Source: an uncultured virus (IMG/VR IMGVR_UViG_3300029787_000017)
Taxonomy: Duplodnaviria > Heunggongvirae > Uroviricota > Caudoviricetes
IMG/VR virus record: IMGVR_UViG_3300029787_000017
Coordinates: 57,264-77,263 of that record
Length of the DNA: 20,000 nucleotides
Reading direction: 5' to 3' (one strand)
Shown: positions 16,099 to 20,000 of the stretch, in pieces
Numbering within the stretch: position 1 is the first letter of the stretch
Layout of the letters: the number at the start of each line of letters is the position of its first letter
Translations under genes and position numbers: made by a program
Notes under the pieces: generated by a model
Database searches by the model: none
What the model saw: only the letters and a program-made list of their open reading frames with translations
Told to the model about the DNA's origin: nothing

Positions 16099-16569
16099 TT
16101 ATCGGTAATAAGGAGAAGTAGGTCTTAAAGGGCCTGGGTTATAAGGAGCAGGAGTAGTAACAGGTCCTGCTGGGTTAAAAGATGGACCAGTAGACCTGGG
16201 CTGCTGAGGTGAAGAAGTTGTGGGAATTACTGTAGGTACTGGAGTAGTGGGCCTAGTAGGCACAGTTCCCCTTGAGACGCTTCCAGGGCCACACCTGAAC
16301 TCACAATCCCCTTTAGTCTTATACTCTCCTTGTGTGCCATCATAGACGCACTGGTAGCGATTTGTTATGTCTACGCTATGAGTATCTACACAATTCCATC
16401 CAGGGTTCTTAGGAGGAGGACAGCAATTCTCTTCACATTCCTTTTTTGAGGTATAAATTCCTCCACCTGCTCCATCTATAGGAACACAGATACATAGTTG
16501 AGTATCGCAAATCCAACCAGACTGACCTTTCTGGTTATTACCATACTCTGGGAATCCGTCAACCATCAA
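16099..16569 (-). CDS. Cys-rich two-repeat protein with Pro/Thr-rich tail
   Basis: Two copies of GW-x-C...C-V...G-x-Y-x-[ST]-K-x-[ED]-C-E-x-x-C; 10 Cys; the exact start codon is uncertain. Confidence 0.75.
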   Translation of the reverse strand: MMVDGFPEYGNNQKGQSGWICDTQLCICVPIDGAGGGIYTSKKECEENCCPPPKNPGWNCVDTHSVDITNRYQCVYDGTQGEYKTKGDCEFRCGPGSVSRGTVPTRPTTPVPTVIPTTSSPQQPRSTGPSFNPAGPVTTPAPYNPGPLRPTSPYYR

Positions 16570-16762
16570 CTACTACAGCCTCTGTTACCACAGTCTCTGT
16601 GGTATCTCCTAAATTAGCAAGCCAAAAGGCTCCTCTGGTTATCCCAAAGCCTATACCAAAAATTATACCACCTAATACAAGTACTTCTGCTAGGCTCATC
16701 TTGTACACGGAAAATGGTGTACGAATTCTGTCTTTAAATAGTAATGCCCAGATTGGATTCAT
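16559..16762 (-). CDS. small single-pass membrane protein
   Basis: 67 aa; hydrophobic VLVLGGIIFGIGFGI with GxxxG motifs; ATGA overlap with the upstream gene. Confidence 0.7.
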   Translation of the reverse strand: MNPIWALLFKDRIRTPFSVYKMSLAEVLVLGGIIFGIGFGITRGAFWLANLGDTTETVVTEAVVVDG

Positions 16763-17169
16763 GCTCGTGGCCCTTTGTTATCGGTTGGGAGTTCATCTTT
16801 GTTGTCACCGTTTTCGACAATTCCGCGTAAAATAGTTGAGAGGCTAGTGACCACCAATGTGATCAAACCTGCCACCACAGCAATTGACGTTTCGGGGATG
16901 AATTGTATACTCCCGATGAAGGCGAGCACTAGGATTAATAAATATAATCCAGCGAACTTTGCGAGGTGTTTCGATGCAGTTTCCTTGGCACTTTCACGAA
17001 TTAAAAGTTCTCTAAATTTAGCATCAGACTCCGCATTTAATTTGTCAACTTCTACTCGGCCATCAGCTTCTCGTCTTGCTCGCTCAACACGCCCTTCAGC
17101 TTCTTTTAGCTTAAGAGCAGATTGGACATCAATATATCCTTTGTTATCAATTGTTGGTTTCTCACCCAT
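16759..17169 (-). CDS. two-TM membrane protein with N-terminal coiled coil (holin-like topology)
   Basis: FAGLYLLILVLAFIGSI and IAVVAGLITLVVTSLSTIL helices; SD AGAGGA. Confidence 0.8.
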   Translation of the reverse strand: MGEKPTIDNKGYIDVQSALKLKEAEGRVERARREADGRVEVDKLNAESDAKFRELLIRESAKETASKHLAKFAGLYLLILVLAFIGSIQFIPETSIAVVAGLITLVVTSLSTILRGIVENGDNKDELPTDNKGPRA

Positions 17170-17206
17170 AATATATTCCTCTTAGAATTCCAAAGCGCCT
17201 CATACT

Positions 17207-17227
17207 TATATAGTGGCCCGAAGGGCC
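17207..17227 (-). promoter_or_regulatory. GC hairpin GGCCC-TTC-GGGCC immediately followed by late-type motif CTATATA
   Basis: Inverted repeat 17215-17227, motif 17207-17213, in the 79-bp intergenic gap. Confidence 0.5.
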
Positions 17228-17248
17228 TCCCAAAAATTTTTATTCCTA

Positions 17249-18196
17249 TCAAATTAATGATGCATTGCTGATAGTGCAATCAGGAACCCGAAGTTCATTT
17301 ATAAGACCTATGGGTTGATTACTACCTTGATTGCCAGAAGTAGAGCTAGGATGAGCACCACCCTCGGGCCCAGGAGGTTGTTCAGGCATTTCGAGCTTCC
17401 TATTAGATTCTTTTCTAACACAATTACACTGAAGTTTCCCAGGAATAGCGTTCTTACCTTTTGTAGAAAAAACAGATTTACCTAATGCATCATAAAATGC
17501 TTCAGAACACCCATTCCCTTCTCTTTCTCCATAATTCTGCAACTCATCTCTTTGCCGATCACGGCTTGGTCTCTTTAATCCATTGAAGCTGAATGTTGTA
17601 TCAATGTTTATAGTAACAAGATCTCTACAGCAGCATGGCAATTCTTCGACCTCTTGCGCTTCGCCGTACTGGTCTGGAACACCCTCCCTACCAGCAGTAG
17701 CAGGACATTTCTCTTTATCTTTAGGCCTTCCATCACAATTATTCTTGGTACACACATCCCAACTACAACTAAACATTGACATGGTGTGTTTTCCTTCCCG
17801 ATCAGTAGTCTGACTGACAGTAGGCTTTACACTTGTACCTGTACTACCTCTTCTGTCTCTTCTATTTCCAGGGAAGGAACCGCCCTTACAATCAAGAACA
17901 ACAGAACAGGTTTCATGCAGATTCATCTCTGTGCTTCCTCCAGGGGTAACTGGTCTTATAGTTCTTTCTTTTTTAGGAGCCCCTAAGTTGATACAATGCG
18001 CTTCACCTAGACACCAAACTAGTCCCTTGATAGAATAATGTTTCTCAGCCAACCATGCGCTATAATCCTTGTTGGTACTGGGAGGGGGTGGTTCAGGATG
18101 TGGTATCCTTTTAATTGTTAACTCTGCGTTAAAGGTATTTACCATAACGCAGCACTCTTTACCTACTTTTGATGATGTTTCTCTTCCAAATGCCAT
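17249..18196 (-). CDS. Cys-rich hypothetical protein (MAFG family)
   Basis: 315 aa, 17 Cys by hand count, SD AAGGA. Confidence 0.8.
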   Translation of the reverse strand: MAFGRETSSKVGKECCVMVNTFNAELTIKRIPHPEPPPPSTNKDYSAWLAEKHYSIKGLVWCLGEAHCINLGAPKKERTIRPVTPGGSTEMNLHETCSVVLDCKGGSFPGNRRDRRGSTGTSVKPTVSQTTDREGKHTMSMFSCSWDVCTKNNCDGRPKDKEKCPATAGREGVPDQYGEAQEVEELPCCCRDLVTINIDTTFSFNGLKRPSRDRQRDELQNYGEREGNGCSEAFYDALGKSVFSTKGKNAIPGKLQCNCVRKESNRKLEMPEQPPGPEGGAHPSSTSGNQGSNQPIGLINELRVPDCTISNASLI

Positions 18197-18209
18197 AATT
18201 AAAATTCCT

Positions 18210-18605
18210 TCACCCTAGAGTGTCCAAAAGGTCAGCCTCAAGATGTAATATAAAGTCCTTATATAACCTAAGAAGCTCTGCTGCGTCTCTTCTATATTTC
18301 TCAATTGGGAGAGCTTCACCGAATGGTCCAAGAAACTCAAACCCTGGAAGCCCAGAATTTTCAACAAACTGATCATACTTAGCTTTAAAATCAAAGTATA
18401 TCTCCCAGTGTCTTTTTATTTGTTGTTTAATCTCCTCCTTCCATTGATCTACGGAAAAAGGACCAATAAAGTCTCCCCTGTCTAAAAGACTCACATAAAC
18501 AGGTGGTAATCCAAAAGAAGGTGGCTTTGGAGGCCCAATAAAACCTCTTCCCTGTCGTGGTCTTCGTGGGTATCCAAAAAAGGGATCATTACTTCCAAAT
18601 GCCAT
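18210..18605 (-). CDS. hypothetical protein (131 aa, MAFG N-terminus)
   Basis: Start re-assigned to ATG 18605 (SD AGGAGA, directly after the upstream stop) rather than 18695. Confidence 0.8.
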   Translation of the reverse strand: MAFGSNDPFFGYPRRPRQGRGFIGPPKPPSFGLPPVYVSLLDRGDFIGPFSVDQWKEEIKQQIKRHWEIYFDFKAKYDQFVENSGLPGFEFLGPFGEALPIEKYRRDAAELLRLYKDFILHLEADLLDTLG

Positions 18606-18618
18606 GATTGTTCTCCTA

Positions 18619-19305
18619 CTAGTATCTAGGCCACCAGGCAGGTGTTTCGCAGAACTTTTCGCCACCAGAAGTTGCATCTTGACCGCAACAATCAAGTCTT
18701 CCTGCTACATTATCAGCTAACCCTGCTTTCAAAGCAGCATTGTCAGCCATTTCTCCCCTCCAGTCACTTACAGAGGGAGGTCTACCAGGGGACGAAGGAA
18801 AGACATCATTCTTATGAATTTCTCCTTCTATTTTATACTGAAAACTTTTAGAGTTAGACATGTTCTCACAATCACAACAACCGTTCTTCCAAAACGCGAT
18901 TTGAGTTATACGGAAAGATTCAATATCTGTGTGGTGCCCTCCTCCTCCACCACCTCCAATAGATGCCCCAGCCGCATCACTTTGATTTAAAGCTTCAACC
19001 TCATCATTACAACTCCAAGCGGGAGTAGGGTTTCTCCAATTTAGAAGATCATCACCTTTGCATGGAAGTGGAGAACAATAAGCACATAGTTGTTCTCTTA
19101 TGTCCATCGTGTAGGTTATAGATTCAATTACGCTTACATCAAAGCTAACTGAACCTGTAGGATTCAAATGACCACTATAATGGTTTCCATTTTTATCATA
19201 GAACAACATGTACCCCGCCATCAGATACATCTGTTTGAGAATACAGCACTTTCTACGAGAAAATCCTCCACCTTCTGAACTTGTTCTACGACCTCCAAAT
19301 ACCAT
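18619..19305 (-). CDS. Cys-rich hypothetical protein (MVFG), probable paralogue of 17249..18196
   Basis: 228 aa, 12 Cys by hand count, SD AGGAGA. Confidence 0.8.
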   Translation of the reverse strand: MVFGGRRTSSEGGGFSRRKCCILKQMYLMAGYMLFYDKNGNHYSGHLNPTGSVSFDVSVIESITYTMDIREQLCAYCSPLPCKGDDLLNWRNPTPAWSCNDEVEALNQSDAAGASIGGGGGGGHHTDIESFRITQIAFWKNGCCDCENMSNSKSFQYKIEGEIHKNDVFPSSPGRPPSVSDWRGEMADNAALKAGLADNVAGRLDCCGQDATSGGEKFCETPAWWPRY

Positions 19306-19320
19306 GATACTCTCCTACTA

Positions 19321-19662
19321 CTATGTAGGAGTACTATCGAAAATAAATTCGAATAACTCTTTATTCATCGCAGCAATCATAAAAAGCATATTTGATGTAA
19401 CTGTTGTGAGATACTCATTTCCTATCGTGGGCATCTCATCATCGTCCCCCAAACCAAACAGATCAAAACCAATGTGACAAATCTCATGCAACAAGGTACT
19501 CTTATAATCTTCTATAGACTGGTTGGGATCTATAGTGAGAGTAGCCTTTGGAAATTCTACGCAGCCGTACAAATTATCTTTAGCCAATGATCTCTGAACA
19601 ATTTTGAACTTTTTGTGACCAAGGTTAACTTCTAATGGGTGTTGGGGAACTTTTATAGCCAT
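19321..19662 (-). CDS. small zincin-like HEXXH metallopeptidase-domain protein
   Basis: LYG....TLTIDP...STLLHEICHIGF...NEYL; common phage minimal zincin pattern. Confidence 0.82.
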   Translation of the reverse strand: MAIKVPQHPLEVNLGHKKFKIVQRSLAKDNLYGCVEFPKATLTIDPNQSIEDYKSTLLHEICHIGFDLFGLGDDDEMPTIGNEYLTTVTSNMLFMIAAMNKELFEFIFDSTPT

Positions 19663-19667
19663 ATTAT

Positions 19668-19676
19668 ATTATAGTA
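19668..19676 (-). promoter_or_regulatory. -10-like TACTATAAT, 5 nt before the peptidase ATG (probable leaderless start)
   Basis: Same 9-mer as at 5194-5202 (+) and 14516-14524 (-); no SD. Confidence 0.6.
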
Positions 19677-19811
19677 AAATTTTTTTAGAATTTTTTTTGA
19701 GGTCCCTTTTAATAGTAATAGGTACCATGTATGGGGGGATGTTGGGGCCGCGTAGGAGTCCCTATTCCGCGATATTTTCCGCAAGACTTTGGGATATCCT
19801 ACAGTTTATGC

Positions 19812-19840
19812 TTGCATCTGGTCGATAAGTATAGTATAAT
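19812..19840 (+). promoter_or_regulatory. sigma70-type promoter (probable early promoter)
   Basis: TTGCAT (19812-19817), 17-bp spacer, TATAAT (19835-19840); ATG 7 nt downstream. Confidence 0.8.
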
Positions 19841-19847
19841 GATACTC

Positions 19848-20000
19848 ATGAAAGACACTATCTCAATCGTCCTCTCTACTCTCGTGGGCTATGCCCTTTG
19901 GCTCCTCTTGGCTATGGTGGTGCTAGGTGGTGCTGTCTTCGCTGACACACCCACCCAAGCCATACACGCTAAGGATGGCAAGGCGTGTGCTGCTATGTTC
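19848..20000 (+). CDS. partial gene, N-terminal membrane/signal-peptide protein
   Basis: MKDTISIVLSTLVGYALWLLLAMVVLGGAVFA-DTPTQ..., open to the window edge; possible V-F-A cleavage site. Confidence 0.65.
   Translation, partial: MKDTISIVLSTLVGYALWLLLAMVVLGGAVFADTPTQAIHAKDGKACAAMF

Noticed and set aside
16775..17185. 136-aa antisense ORF mirroring the membrane protein
   Set aside because: Codon-aligned antisense shadow with no RBS; the minus-strand gene has an SD and coherent topology.
17162..17203. 13-codon mini-ORF MRRFGILRGIYYG just after the CTATATA motif, overlapping the next start
   Set aside because: Too short to distinguish from chance; the downstream gene has its own SD.
18606..18695. 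N-terminal 30 aa of the track ORF 18210..18695
   Set aside because: Overlaps the upstream gene; a strong SD and the shared MAFG start support ATG 18605.
1..20000. tRNA/rRNA genes, introns, inteins, alternative genetic code
   Set aside because: No cloverleaf seen in the short intergenic gaps; terminase, portal, helicase and primase are of normal length and uninterrupted; TAA, TAG and TGA all act as stops.

Overview
AT-rich fragment of a large tailed phage distantly related to T4-like myoviruses. Head-packaging and tail genes lie mostly on the minus strand: large terminase, gp20-like portal, an acidic putative core/scaffold protein, a heptad-repeat fibre with a C1q/TNF-like head, a gp26-like hub/chaperone, a gp2-like protein and a possible tape-measure start. 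They are tightly interleaved with primase, UvsW-like helicase, 2OG-Fe(II) oxygenase, glycosyltransferase and a ParB-like gene on the plus strand, and a Cas4/AddB-like nuclease on the minus strand. The most notable signals are: (i) a candidate -1 programmed frameshift (A-AAT-TTT-TTC, 4448-4457) joining the gp26-like gene to a downstream ORF with no suitable start; (ii) a 16-bp hairpin that buries an RBS and carries a late-promoter-like motif in its loop (3218-3261); (iii) an uncharacterised operon of an HEXXH peptidase followed by three genes sharing an M[AV]FG N-terminus, two of them Cys-rich paralogues, then membrane, Cys-repeat and small basic proteins; (iv) very compact divergent and probably leaderless promoters, including an 8-bp head-to-head overlap of two start codons. 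All functional calls come from motif recognition by eye; no searches were run.
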